A DNA stretch of 64,000 nt from Macrostomum lignano (lineage: Eukaryota). Below are positions 37,217 to 48,280 of the stretch, one piece after another; position 1 is the first letter of the stretch, and every line of letters starts with the position of its first letter. Below the pieces are notes generated by a model, which did not search any database, was not told the DNA's origin, and saw nothing but the letters and a program-made list of their open reading frames with translations. The stretch is taken from positions 28,643 to 92,642 of the forward strand of contig NIVC01003531.1 of the NCBI GenBank assembly GCA_002269645.1, written 5' to 3'. Position numbers and translations under genes: made by a program.

Positions 37217-40200
37217 TGTAAAGACTTCACTTAGTTTGCGTGGCAGAAAGATGCTTATGCGATAACATGATAAAATCATTCATATATGTATTTGTTGAAA
37301 TAGTATTTTAACCGATCAATAATTTGGGGACTGTAAAATAGACATATTAGTCACGTGCACGTACGCACAAAAGAACAAGCGAAGGAGAGAGTTAAAGGGC
37401 ACAATGGTAAAGTGTACGCAGCAACCCCCAGCACCCCACACAACACAAACAAAGTCACTACACTCCTCCCCAACAACTGCAGAAGCAGGGAACAGGAATT
37501 AAAAGAAACTATTTAGTCCGCAACTCAAAGAGCACTAAATAACGGAATCACAGTCACTGGTAACACAGTCGATTAGGCTCAGTTCGGATCCTGGTCGAGC
37601 GCCACGGCAATGCTAAATCGCTCGCATTCGTGGCGTCGCAGGCGACCGCCAGGCCGGGGGCAACAGCTGCGCCGGCCGCTGCTGGCGGATCTTCCGGCGG
37701 ATCAGTGACCGGCTCAGCCTCAGGAACTTCGCCAGCCGGTACAGCATCCGCGGGTCTGCGAACTTGGTCGATGTGCCGTTGGACCTCCCGGCCGTCATCA
37801 AAGTGGCACGAGAACGACGCTGCTCCAGAGCTGGCAGTCACCACCGCCGGCTTCCATCTGCCATCATCAGCGAAATCCCTGGCAACCACGGCATCGCCGA
37901 CCTCAATGCGGCGATCGTGAGCGTTGGCGTCGTGATGCTGCTTCTGCATCGCTTGCTGCACTGCAACCCTGGCCGGCACGTCGGGACGCACTCGATCGAG
38001 CAGAGAGCGCAGTCGCCTTCCCATCAGCAGCTCGCACGGCGGCGTGCCAGTCGTGGCATGTGGCGTCACGCGGTATGTCAGCAGGAACCGCGCTACTCGG
38101 TCTTCGAGCGAGCCGCCCTTCTGCTTGGCCAACGACTTCTTCAGCGTTTGCACCGCGCGCTCCGCCTGGCCGTTGGATGCTGGGTGATATGGTGCAGTTC
38201 GCACGTGCCGAATGCCGTTTTTCCGTAGAAATTCGCTCATCTCTTCGCTGACTAGATTTGGCCCGTTGTCCGTAACGACGATGTCTGGCAGACCGTGAGT
38301 AGCGAAACTCTGCCGCAGTCTCTGAATCGTGGCCGTTGAAGTCGTCGACATCATTACATGAACTTCCATCCACTTCGAATGAGCGTCCACAATCACCAGA
38401 AGCATTTTTCGTTCTACCGGACCAGCAAAGTCGAGATGAAGACGCGACCAGGGTCTGTCCGGCCATGCCCATGGGTGCAGCGGAACCGGCGCCGGTGACT
38501 TCAGCAGCTCACGGCACTCGGAGCACGCACTGGACAGGTGCTCAATGGATTCATCCAGCTTTGGCCACCAGAAAAAACTGCGGGCGAGCGCCTTCATTCT
38601 AGAGGCGCCCTGATGTCCTTGGTGCAGGCACTGCAGAAGCGCCGAGCGGCCAGCTTGCGGTATCACCACTCTTGTGCCCCAGAGGAGACAGCCATCTTGG
38701 ACACTCAGCTGATTAGCCCGATTTTTGAACGGCTGTAGCTCTTGAGTTACTCGCTCGGGCCAGTAGCCAGACTCTGTGAACTGCAGCACCTTGGACAGGA
38801 TCAGGTCCGTTCTAGTCAAAGCTCGAATGTCTCCGGCAGTCACTGGTCCCTCATCAAGCGTGTCCATGACTAGCACCACATCGGCTGGTGTCGGTGCCTT
38901 TGCTGGTCTCTCTGGCAGCGGCAGTCGACTCAGCGCGTCCGCACGGAGCAGCGACCGACCTGATCGGTGCTCCATCGTGTAGCTGTAGCCTGCCAGGATG
39001 AGCGCCCACCTTTGAATTCGACCGGATGCCATTGCTGGAATCGGCTTGGACTCGTGTAGCAGACCCAATAGCGGTTTGTGGTCGCTGATCAGTGTAAACT
39101 TCCGGCCGCACAGATACGCATGAAACCGCTTCACTCCGAAAATGACCGCCAGAGCCTCTTTGTCCAACTGGGAGTACCTGGTCTCAGCATCGTGCAAAGA
39201 GCGCGAAGCGAACGCGATCGGCTGATCGATACCATCAATCCGATGACTGATGACCGCTCCGACGCCGTAAGGCGACGCGTCGCACTCCAGGATCAGCGGC
39301 TTACTTTCGTCGAAGTGCGCGAGGACCGGCGCTTTGCTGAGAAGCGACTTGCACTTCCTAAATGCGGTCTCCTGTTGAGTGCCCCAGCGCCACTGGGCAC
39401 CTTGGTTGAGCAGACGATGCAGCGGCGACAGCTCCGCGGACAAGTTGGGCATGAACTTCCCGTAATAGTTGACAAGTCCAAGAAAACTGCGAAGCTGTGT
39501 CACGTCTCGTGGTGCTGGAGCGTCGGCGATGGCACGAACCTTGTCCGGTAGCGGATGCAGACCGTCAGCGTCTATCCGGTGGCCCAGATAGCTGACACTG
39601 TCCTGCATGAAGTCGCACTTGCTCAGGCCGCAGCGCAGTCCGCTTTGGTGCAATTTCTTGAGCACTGACTCTAGTGAGCGCAAGTGACTTTCGTCGTCAA
39701 CACCGGTGATGATCAGATCGTCGATAAAACAGGCGACATGCGGAATCGACTGCAGCAGATTGTCCATGTGTCGTTGGAAAATACCGACGGCCGGAGCAAC
39801 TCCAAAAGGCAGACGGGTGTAGCGCAGAAGGCCTTTGGACGTATTAATTGTACAAATCTCTTGGGCTGCTTCGTCCAGTGGCAGTTGAGAATAGGCTTCC
39901 GCCAAGTCGAGCTTCGTAAATTTTTTCCCACCTGCCAGCTTAGCAAAAAGCTCTTCGATTCTCGGTAGCGGATATTTGTCAGGTTCAACACAGAGATTTA
40001 CCGTTTGTTTGAAGTCGGCACAGATGCGTATTGAACCGTCCGACTTGAGCACTGGCACAATCAGCGAAGCGTAGTCCGAGTTGTTGACTGGCCTGAGCAC
40101 ACCTTGCTCAATTTCCTTGTCGAGCTGAGCCTCCACCTTAGTCTTAAGAGCAAACGGGACGTTGCGTGCCTTGAAAAATCGAGGCCGGGCCCCGGCTTTC

Positions 40201-41676
40201 AGATGCAGCTGCACAGACGGTCCGTTGTACTTGCCGAGTCCCGGCTCGAAAACCTCGGCATACTGATCCAGCAGGGCGCGGATTCCAGGGTGCTCACTGT
40301 CTTTTTGCACCTGGTTGATGCTGCGCCAGTCCAGCGGCAAGCATGCCAGCCAGTCACGGCCGATCAGGTTCGAACCAGAGCCCTCGACTACGAGCAGTGG
40401 AAGCTCCTTGGCAGCTCCGGCAGCTTGCACTCGGACGGTAATTTTACCTAGCAGGGGGACCGGCTCTCCTGAGTAGGTGCGCAGCTTAGTGTTGGCAGGT
40501 TCTAGCTTTGGTCCTTCCCGCAGCTCTGAGCGAAATGTTTCTGAAGATATGAGCGAGACAGATGCACCCGTGTCGACCTCCATCCGAACTGGCGTGCCTT
40601 CGATGATGACCGTGGTCTCGATCGGTGGAATCTTCCCACACCGTTCAGCCATCACGTGCAGCGAATGTGCCTCTTCTTCATCGACCTCAACCTCTCTCAC
40701 ATTATGGTCCATGCGACGATTCGAACCCGCAGGAGACTTACAGGCAGCAGCCGTATGGCCCACCTTCGAACAGTTGAAGCACTTCTTGTCAGCAAACGGG
40801 CACTTTGCCGCGACGTGCCGCTGCGACCGGCAACGAAAGCAGCGTCTAGTGGACTGTGGCTGGTGTGCTATCTGAAAGGCGTCCTGACTCGCAGATTTCA
40901 TCACGAGAAGATTGCCCTCAGTGGCCGACGCTTGAGCTTGCGCCAGAGATATTGCGGTTTCGAGAGTTAGCTTCTTCTCCGAAAGAAGCCTTCGCTGGAT
41001 GTTGTCGTCAGCGATGCCAAGCACAAGCCGGTCTCTGATCATGTCATTCAGGCTGCCGCCGAAGTTGCAGTCCCGTGCCAGTCTGCGAAGATCCGCGAGA
41101 AAATCCACAATTGATTCACCAACTTGGCGACTCCTGGAGTAGAAACGGTAACGTAGCACGATCTCAGGGGGCTCAGGGTCGAAATGCTCTTTCAGCTTAG
41201 TGCAGATCGCTGTGTAGCTGGACTGGGCAGGCGACTCTGGAGACAGCAGGCTGGCAAGCAACTGATACGTCTTCTTGCCGCAGACGCTAAGGAGAACGGC
41301 ACGCTTCTTCTCTTCTTTGATATCATTGGCCTCAAAATACTGCTCCAGTCTTTCTTGGTACTGAATCCACTTTTCAGTGCCCTCTTCATAGGGTTCTATT
41401 GAGCCAACCAAGCTCATGCCTCGTCGTCACTGTAAAGACTTCACTTAGTTTGCGTGGCAGAAAGATGCTTATGCGATAACATGATAAAATCATTCATATA
41501 TGTATTTGTCGAAATACTATTTTAACCGATCAATAATTTGGGGACTGTAAAATAGACATATTAGTCACGTGCACATACGCACAAAAGAACAAGCGAAGGA
41601 GAGAGTTAAAGGGCACGATGGTAAAGTGTACGCAGCAACCCCCAGCACCCCACACAACACAAACAAAGTCACTACA
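37217..41676 (-). mobile_element. intact young Ty3/Gypsy LTR retrotransposon (Mag/K02A2.6-like)
   Basis: 246-bp LTRs at 37217-37462 and 41431-41676 (4 differences seen); 5-bp TSD TCTAC; PPT GGGGAGGAG; PBS-like TGACGACGAG. Confidence 0.97.
37554..41417 (-). CDS. gag-pol polyprotein, 1287 aa
   Basis: Two CCHC knuckles, VDTGAS protease, FIDD RT, ECDAS RNase H, HQGH..CSEC zinc finger, LDFAGP/TDNG/SNGQAER integrase. Confidence 0.97.
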   Translation of the reverse strand: MSLVGSIEPYEEGTEKWIQYQERLEQYFEANDIKEEKKRAVLLSVCGKKTYQLLASLLSPESPAQSSYTAICTKLKEHFDPEPPEIVLRYRFYSRSRQVGESIVDFLADLRRLARDCNFGGSLNDMIRDRLVLGIADDNIQRRLLSEKKLTLETAISLAQAQASATEGNLLVMKSASQDAFQIAHQPQSTRRCFRCRSQRHVAAKCPFADKKCFNCSKVGHTAAACKSPAGSNRRMDHNVREVEVDEEEAHSLHVMAERCGKIPPIETTVIIEGTPVRMEVDTGASVSLISSETFRSELREGPKLEPANTKLRTYSGEPVPLLGKITVRVQAAGAAKELPLLVVEGSGSNLIGRDWLACLPLDWRSINQVQKDSEHPGIRALLDQYAEVFEPGLGKYNGPSVQLHLKAGARPRFFKARNVPFALKTKVEAQLDKEIEQGVLRPVNNSDYASLIVPVLKSDGSIRICADFKQTVNLCVEPDKYPLPRIEELFAKLAGGKKFTKLDLAEAYSQLPLDEAAQEICTINTSKGLLRYTRLPFGVAPAVGIFQRHMDNLLQSIPHVACFIDDLIITGVDDESHLRSLESVLKKLHQSGLRCGLSKCDFMQDSVSYLGHRIDADGLHPLPDKVRAIADAPAPRDVTQLRSFLGLVNYYGKFMPNLSAELSPLHRLLNQGAQWRWGTQQETAFRKCKSLLSKAPVLAHFDESKPLILECDASPYGVGAVISHRIDGIDQPIAFASRSLHDAETRYSQLDKEALAVIFGVKRFHAYLCGRKFTLISDHKPLLGLLHESKPIPAMASGRIQRWALILAGYSYTMEHRSGRSLLRADALSRLPLPERPAKAPTPADVVLVMDTLDEGPVTAGDIRALTRTDLILSKVLQFTESGYWPERVTQELQPFKNRANQLSVQDGCLLWGTRVVIPQAGRSALLQCLHQGHQGASRMKALARSFFWWPKLDESIEHLSSACSECRELLKSPAPVPLHPWAWPDRPWSRLHLDFAGPVERKMLLVIVDAHSKWMEVHVMMSTTSTATIQRLRQSFATHGLPDIVVTDNGPNLVSEEMSEFLRKNGIRHVRTAPYHPASNGQAERAVQTLKKSLAKQKGGSLEDRVARFLLTYRVTPHATTGTPPCELLMGRRLRSLLDRVRPDVPARVAVQQAMQKQHHDANAHDRRIEVGDAVVARDFADDGRWKPAVVTASSGAASFSCHFDDGREVQRHIDQVRRPADAVPAGEVPEAEPVTDPPEDPPAAAGAAVAPGLAVACDATNASDLALPWRSTRIRTEPNRLCYQ

Positions 41677-42911
41677 TCTACTATATGATAAACCTGCCTT
41701 TTTAAAATCTGCAATCTTGATAATGATAGAACATTGGAAAATATTGAAAATATGATAAATGACTATCTAAGATTTGTTAATTTAATAATTTGATAGGGTA
41801 ATTTGCTATACTAAAACCCTTTTTTGTGCCTTTATCCCTATATGCATCCCCCTTCCTATGCCCCTCCCCCAACCTTGTGTTATTGCTATGCACCACACTA
41901 CCAATACACACTGTACTGCCACTAGAGGCTAACTCTATATCTGTGCTAGATGCTATCTGCAATAATGGCCTGTTTTGGCTATAGTATAATAAGGGTAGCT
42001 AGATAGACACACTTCTACCATTTAGAGGTAGAATGCATTGATTGGTCATACTTTGGCAACTAGCTTAAAACTGTTTCACATAGGCCTACCATACCATTTT
42101 TCTACTGATTGTTTTGGCACCATGGATATAGATCTTAGGTTCTCATAGAGTCATATATATCTTAGTCTAGGTGTTTTACACTAATATTAATAATCTAAAA
42201 GGTAAATATGGGATGTTGTTGCCCTTATCTAGAGTTGTGTTCATGACATTAACAAATCTTAGTTGTCTATATTCTGAAAGTCTGCATTGCCCTAGCTCTA
42301 CTGATGCTTGCTTTTACCCAAGTTGGAATAGATAATTTTTAGCACCCTATTAGAATCATGAATCATTACTTTCACTTTAATTAGAAGTTTAGGACACCTT
42401 TTATATACTAGGATAAATTTATGTGAAATGTCAAGTCCATCAAGCCACACAAAACAGAATGGTAAGAGGGTAGTGAGGACGCCCAGGTTGGCGTCAAAAT
42501 TATTTTTGAGGCGGCTCGATCGTCGAGCCGGAGATTTCGGTTTTTGTAGTAGTAGTAGTAAATTTGGCTCAGGCTTAAGGAGCCTGTTTTGCCAGTATAA
42601 TCCGATGTATTTAGTATTTGTTCAAAAGGTTAAATTTTTACACGAGTTACGATGCGAGTTACGATATTTGCAAAATTATTAAGGTATTTGAAAGAGCGTC
42701 TAGGGTTTTTTTGTAAAAAGATGTAGTATTTTTGAAAGCGCGTGATATTTCAAAGCGTGAAAAACGAACATAAACATACTTCGAACGAACTTTACGTTTA
42801 ACGAATAACGACGATTTAAATAGGAAATTAAAAAAGACAGTAAATGAATAAACAACTGAAAAGCGGATTTGTTACACTGCTAATGTATCTGATTCAGTTT
42901 GTTTAACTGTT

Positions 42912-43200
42912 TCAGCTATTCATGACTTCATATATTTTAGCTACACCAGTGAGTTCTTTTCTGACTCTTTTTTCATTTATAGCATATCCTATCTTGTGTA
43001 TTTGATTGCTATTTAAGAGGTATTGACAGAAGTATTTTTTCCTGATCTCTTCAGTTTGTGGACATTCGGTCAAGTAGTGTAGAATGTCAGAACCATTTCG
43101 CGCTCCACACATTTTACATGGTTCTTGAGAAAAAAGTTGGGTGTAATCTCGCCATTTCAGTTTTAGGAGTGTAAAGTATTTTATGTATCAATTGAATCTC
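42912..43200 (-). pseudogene. possible 3' remnant of a non-LTR retrotransposon ORF2
   Basis: CKMC-x9-H-YLTE-C knuckle near the end of a short disrupted frame. Confidence 0.35.
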
Positions 43201-44471
43201 CGCACTTTTTATGATATCCGGCGTTCTTGAATATTGTTGTTATTATTTAGTCAGTATTTATTCAATAGTTAGTTTCCTATTTCCGCGATACCTACTGTAC
43301 GTACTTACTTTACTACTATTGTTTTACTGTATGTTAATTCCTATCGTATTTGAAACGCGAATGCGCTGTGTTTGGTGTTAGGGTTTTTTTCTAGGCGCTG
43401 TAGTTGTTGTTGAGTAGCGTAGTCTCCAGAATTCAAGTCCATCCAGTTTAAATAATAAATCTAATTACTTTTATTACAAATAGATTATACAAATAAATAT
43501 GAATTAAATTAAGGCGCATTGCACCCACCAAGCAAGGACGCATTCATCATCCGTCTGTCATCACAACGAATATTCTTTTTGAATTGTTTGACTTCAAGAA
43601 GTTTATTTTACATTTTGGCCATTCGAATCGGCGCTGGTCTTGCGATTTAAACAAACGCGAATGAGTCGCGGGTGCGAAATAAAGGGGAGCTCCGGCTGCT
43701 GAGTTCCACAGGCTCAGGGGAGGGTAGCTGTGGTCGTGACTGAGCGGTCTAGTTAATGCCGTCTCTCAGAATGCCGAATGTAGAAAATGTAGCCGCTACG
43801 GATCGAGAACTGAAAATAAACTGAAATTTGCTGCAGAGTTGTACTAAGAGTATAGTAAGGTCGCTGCCACAAACCGCGGTAATTCGCGGAGAAAAGCTCT
43901 AAAGCTCAAATTTGCTCGACTCAGCCCTAGAGCTTCTCTTGAGTACACCCGAGGGTCAAATAAATGCTTCCGAGGTCACAGGCTTAAGACACCGTTTAAC
44001 ACAAGTTAACCACTTAATTGATTGGCATGCACTAGACTGAATATTATTATTATTAGTTAGCGAGGTAAAAAAGAAATGACTATTATAATTATTATTATTG
44101 AGCATATTAATTAGATGGCTAGTTGGAGAGGGTCTGGTCGAGTCTGGAGAACTGCGATGGGCTTACACCGGGTCCACTTGAATATTTGGAACTTGTAGTC
44201 TGCTGGGATGGGGAGAATTGGTGGGTACACTGGGTGTGGTAACGACTAAACACCGGGTGTAACCCTGTTCAAAGTAACAGTAAAACAAAATTACAGGGAG
44301 TGGGCACTCGAATTACACTAAGAGGAAAAGGGGATTTCCATACGCAGGGAAATGACGTCAATATACGTAACGCAATTTCACTTTGGTGAGCACATCCACA
44401 CAAAGAAAAAATACGAGTAAAAATTTCATTTGTTGGGAATAGTGGGAGGCCTTGCGCCTACCACAGTAGCA

Positions 44472-44545
44472 AGTTGATTCGCCGATGGTTGATTCGCCGA
44501 AACTCGATTCGCCAAAAGCAGGTTTTTTCGCCGAAAGTTGTTTTG
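44472..44545. repeat. short GATTCGCC(G) repeats, possibly transposon subterminal repeats
   Basis: GATTCGCC three times plus TTTTCGCC/TTTTGCC variants. Confidence 0.4.
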
Positions 44546-44807
44546 CCAAACAAACAATACAACTAAACAATTATCAATGTGCAAATAAACAACGAACGAT
44601 ATGTTTTTATCTTGCATACAATATGTTTGTTAATTGTCTGTGTATTTAAAAAAGAAAACAAGTGAAATGTTTTTTAATGTTATAACGTAAAACGTTAAAA
44701 TCAATCAATGACCCCATCCATGACCATACGAATATCTATGGTGAAACTAGATCATACGTAGCTCGCTCGTATTTAATAGAACTTGTTACAACCAGAGAGT
44801 AGGTATT

Positions 44808-45113
44808 AGTAGTATAGAAAAAGACGCTTCTAGACCCAGAGCACTTTTTTAATGACCGTTTTAAGGGTCTAGAGGGGGGACACGGGGGGGTAAATAAAAA
44901 AACACATCTAAACACCCTTAACACATCTAATCACCCATAATCACCCCTAACAATAAAAATCACTTCCCAACACTTCCAAACACTCCCCAACACCCCCCTC
45001 GCGTCCCCCCTCTTAAGACCTTACAAACGGCCATTAAAATAAGGTCTGATCTAGAAGCGTCTTTTTCTATACTACTACTCTATAACCCCCTGCCCGCGCC
45101 GCAGGCGCGAAGG
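44808..45113 (+). repeat. left TIR (~306 bp)
   Basis: Reverse complement of the right end with a few differences; the exact outer boundary (44808 vs 44794) cannot be checked without the right terminus. Confidence 0.85.
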
Positions 45114-45485
45114 GGCACAGTCTGACCCAAACTGAGTCATAGAAAAGGAACAGTGTTTAACTATCTTAAAGCAGCTCACAAAAAGAAAAACTTTGCATGA
45201 TCACCCCAAAGGGTCGCAGACAGTCTAATGACTAACGCGGGAATTCGGGGTTTCTATTATACTCATCATTTACCGAAGCGCAAACCTCAGACTCAAACTG
45301 GCTACAACGGGAAGGTGAGTTGCTTACTCATGAAAAGCGCTTTTATTATTTTCAGCACTCCACCCCAAGCTTTAATTGTGTGTATAAGAATGATGAAATC
45401 TAAAAAACTAGCCACAGCAAATAGTCTCTTATTTATGCACAACTCCTAATATCTGTCTTTTACAAGAACTAACAAACGTATTATC

Positions 45486-46373
45486 ATGGCATCATCGAAA
45501 GAAGCAAGGATATCATCTATTGTCGAGATTGCTACGAATTTATCAAGGAAGGATAAGTCATTAATTGGTTGCCGACTTAAAGACTTCTCGGAGAAGGAAT
45601 TGGAGGCCTTACATGATAGTTTAGAAAAGTTGGATGGGGTGAGTGAAAAGAAGCCGACCACCCAAAAGAGGAAAGAGAAAGGTTATGTGGAGAATGTGCT
45701 AGAGACAATCTATCAGAAGTTAGAGGAGAACGAAGATAGAGGAGTTAGTGTGTGCGTGGAAGCGATTACACAAGGCCTATCCCACGTTGGTCTCAAGCTT
45801 GAAGGTACGACCAAACATGATTTGATTGAAAGATTTAAGAAAATAAAGTCATCTATTGAAGCTCTATCGATTGCTAAGGCAATGATGCAATTTGAGCAGG
45901 GTAGACTTATCTACTATTTAAGCACGAAGTATCGAATGACAGAGCGAGAGCTGGCCGACTCATTCAACATAACCAGCCGGAAGGTTGAGGATTATAACAA
46001 ATACTATCAACTCTGCCTTGACTACCCAGGTTTAATTTTTTCTACCTATTCAATGGGCATAGTAATTAATTATAGTGCTGCGATTTGCAAGAAGGCAAAC
46101 AACGATGCCAGGTTTAAGGAACTTCTCAAGATGCAACACGAGACAGTTGCTTTGGTTTTGAAAGATGGCAGTCCTGAAGAAAAGCAAGTTCACCAGTGGT
46201 ATGAAGACAGTAAGTGATTGCTTCACTATTGTGGTAATGTAAGTAAGTTCATATTTTTTAAAGCTTGCTTTTATATTGTAGCTTTCAACGAAGATCCTGA
46301 CGCGGAAGACAAAGCTGAGAGCGCCGCCGAAGTCCGAGAGATGTTCGAAGGAGGAAAATGGGTTAAGAAGTAA
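45486..46373 (+). CDS. uncharacterised Polinton protein with an HTH-like segment; probably spliced (exons 45486-46209, 46282-46373)
   Basis: 243-aa ORF; MTERELADSFNITSRKVEDY resembles an HTH; GTAAGT donor at 46210 and TTTTATATTGTAG acceptor at 46281 join an in-frame 30-aa tail. Confidence 0.6.
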
Positions 46374-46817
46374 ATAATTTGCGTGCTATTTCCATAACTG
46401 TTAAACTGACAATCTTTTTAGTGCATACATGAATTTTTCTCATAGCTTAGAAAAAATCATGTGTGTGTGTGCACCAAACCCTTTTAGTGTATACATGATT
46501 TTTTCTAAGCTATGAGAAAAATTCATGTGCTGTTATAGACACAATGCACCGAGGATAGAGAGAAAAATGGCCATTCATCGAATAAAAAGCGTCCATTGTG
46601 CTCCAGCGGAGCAGGCCATTTGTGCCATCGGGCACAGCCCGCGAACCATAGGTTCATTTTTGGATAGAGAATCTTTTGTGTTTGCGTCTTCTTTATTTTC
46701 TATACAAAAAAGAGTAAAAAAGAGCTATAAAATAAAACCGCTCGAGATGCTTGCACACTACCCTTTTCTTTAGTGTCTGCAACTTAATTTTTCTGTTACT
46801 AAAAATAGAACAAAAAA

Positions 46818-47227
46818 TGACACACGTTACACATATGCAAAATCTGAACGAATTGCAGGTAGGAGACCCAGTTGAATACCGAGGTGAGGGGCTTTTTGAT
46901 GTGGTTGGTACAGCAGCGAATTTCGTTAAAGACAATATGGGTCTTATAGGCCAAGCAGGCTCTGCAGCAGGTTCTATAACAAACGCTGTAAAGGGCGGAA
47001 TCGAAGCAGCGAGGGCAGTAGAAGAACTAAAGAAATTGAGAGAATTTAACGACACCCTCTCACAAATAAAAGCAATAAAAGATTTGAAACTAGCGCAGGA
47101 AACAACTCAAGCTGCACAACCAACAGAAACCCCCACGAAAAGCACACCAATAAGTAATAAAGATATTCAGGATTTTAATAAAATGTTAACCACAATTAAA
47201 GGCGGAAAAGGATTAAAGAAATTTTAA
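46818..47227 (+). CDS. small virion/core-like protein with GxG motifs
   Basis: AAAAATG start; YRGEGL and IKGGKGL resemble adenain cleavage motifs. Confidence 0.6.
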
Positions 47228-47237
47228 CAATATAAAA

Positions 47238-48197
47238 ATGGACTCAGTTAATGACGAAAAACGGCTATATTTTATAGGAGAAATTGTAGATACTTTAAAT
47301 CTAGACGATAATAAACATAGTCACGCAATGTTAAAAAGATTGGATCGCTTAGGTAAAAAATTTGACTACGACATCAATACATTTAAACTTGCTGCGAAAT
47401 ATGCACAAGAAGGAAGACCAATATCCTTTAAGAATCATGGTAGAAATTATAGGCTGACAGACTCCGATGTAAAATTTTTATTGGAGACTCACACTAAAAA
47501 GGACGGCGGGTTGTTACCCATTTTACCAATTCTTTTAGGACTTGGGGCAGCTGGAGCAGCTGGTTTAGCAGGAAAAAGAATTCATGATAACATAAAACAG
47601 TTAGGAGAATTAAAAGCAAAAGAAGGGGGTATATTACCCCTCGCAACTTTGCTCCCAATAATTTTTGCAGGAATTGGAGCAGCTGGAGGAGTCGCTGGAG
47701 GAGCGGCTGGAATTGCAAAAGCAGTAAATGACAAAAAAGCCGCGGATGAAAAAGCCAAAAGAGAGGCCGAATTTCAAAGACAGCAAATAACACAGGACGC
47801 ACAATTCAAACAAAAACTTATAGATACAATTAATAGTAGCTCAGCAACAGCAGAACAAAAAAGAAATGCAGAAGCTAAATTAGCAGCTGGAAAAGGTTTA
47901 ATTTTAAAAGGAACAACCCAAGGAAGTGGAGTTGTCGCAGATAAACTACATGAATTTGGCCAAACTTTAGAAAAAACGGGTGAGAAAGCTAAAGGATTTT
48001 TTGACAATATTGGATCCAATTTTAGGCCAGCAGTTCAGAAGATTTTTACTAAGTTAGGAAAAGATTTTAATATCATTGAAAAACACGACGGAAGCGGATT
48101 ATATCTCGAAATGCGACCAAAAGCAGGTTCAGGAATTTTCTTAAATTCAAACGTTATGGGAAATGGATTGCTATTACCAAAAGCAGATCTCGAATAG
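47238..48197 (+). CDS. core/membrane-active protein with two adenovirus pX(mu)-like hydrophobic motifs
   Basis: KDGGLLPILPILLGLGAAG and KEGGILPLATLLPIIFAGIGAAG resemble adenovirus pX GGILPLLIPLIAAAIGA; several GxGL/I motifs. Confidence 0.65.
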   Translation: MDSVNDEKRLYFIGEIVDTLNLDDNKHSHAMLKRLDRLGKKFDYDINTFKLAAKYAQEGRPISFKNHGRNYRLTDSDVKFLLETHTKKDGGLLPILPILLGLGAAGAAGLAGKRIHDNIKQLGELKAKEGGILPLATLLPIIFAGIGAAGGVAGGAAGIAKAVNDKKAADEKAKREAEFQRQQITQDAQFKQKLIDTINSSSATAEQKRNAEAKLAAGKGLILKGTTQGSGVVADKLHEFGQTLEKTGEKAKGFFDNIGSNFRPAVQKIFTKLGKDFNIIEKHDGSGLYLEMRPKAGSGIFLNSNVMGNGLLLPKADLE

Positions 48198-48280
48198 GCT
48201 CCTGGGGGAGGGTCTGGACACCAAAAACACAAAATTAAAAAATCAATAATTCAAACATTATATAAATTTTATTCTATAAA

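Noticed and set aside
42512-42530. CGGCTCGA-TCG-TCGAGCCG hairpin as a Helitron end or terminator
   Set aside because: No CTRR terminus or other element features nearby
43722-43765. tRNA/SINE-like head GGTAGCTGTGGTCGTGACTGAGCGGTCTAG
   Set aside because: Only A-box-like similarity; no B-box or cloverleaf seen
45228-45449. 73-aa ORF as an upstream coding exon of the 45486 gene
   Set aside because: A donor exists near 45315, but I found no acceptor giving an in-frame join
46329-46348. CCGCC-GAA-GTCCG..GTTCG as another double-hairpin copy
   Set aside because: Stems do not pair and the spacing is wrong; at most a decayed relic
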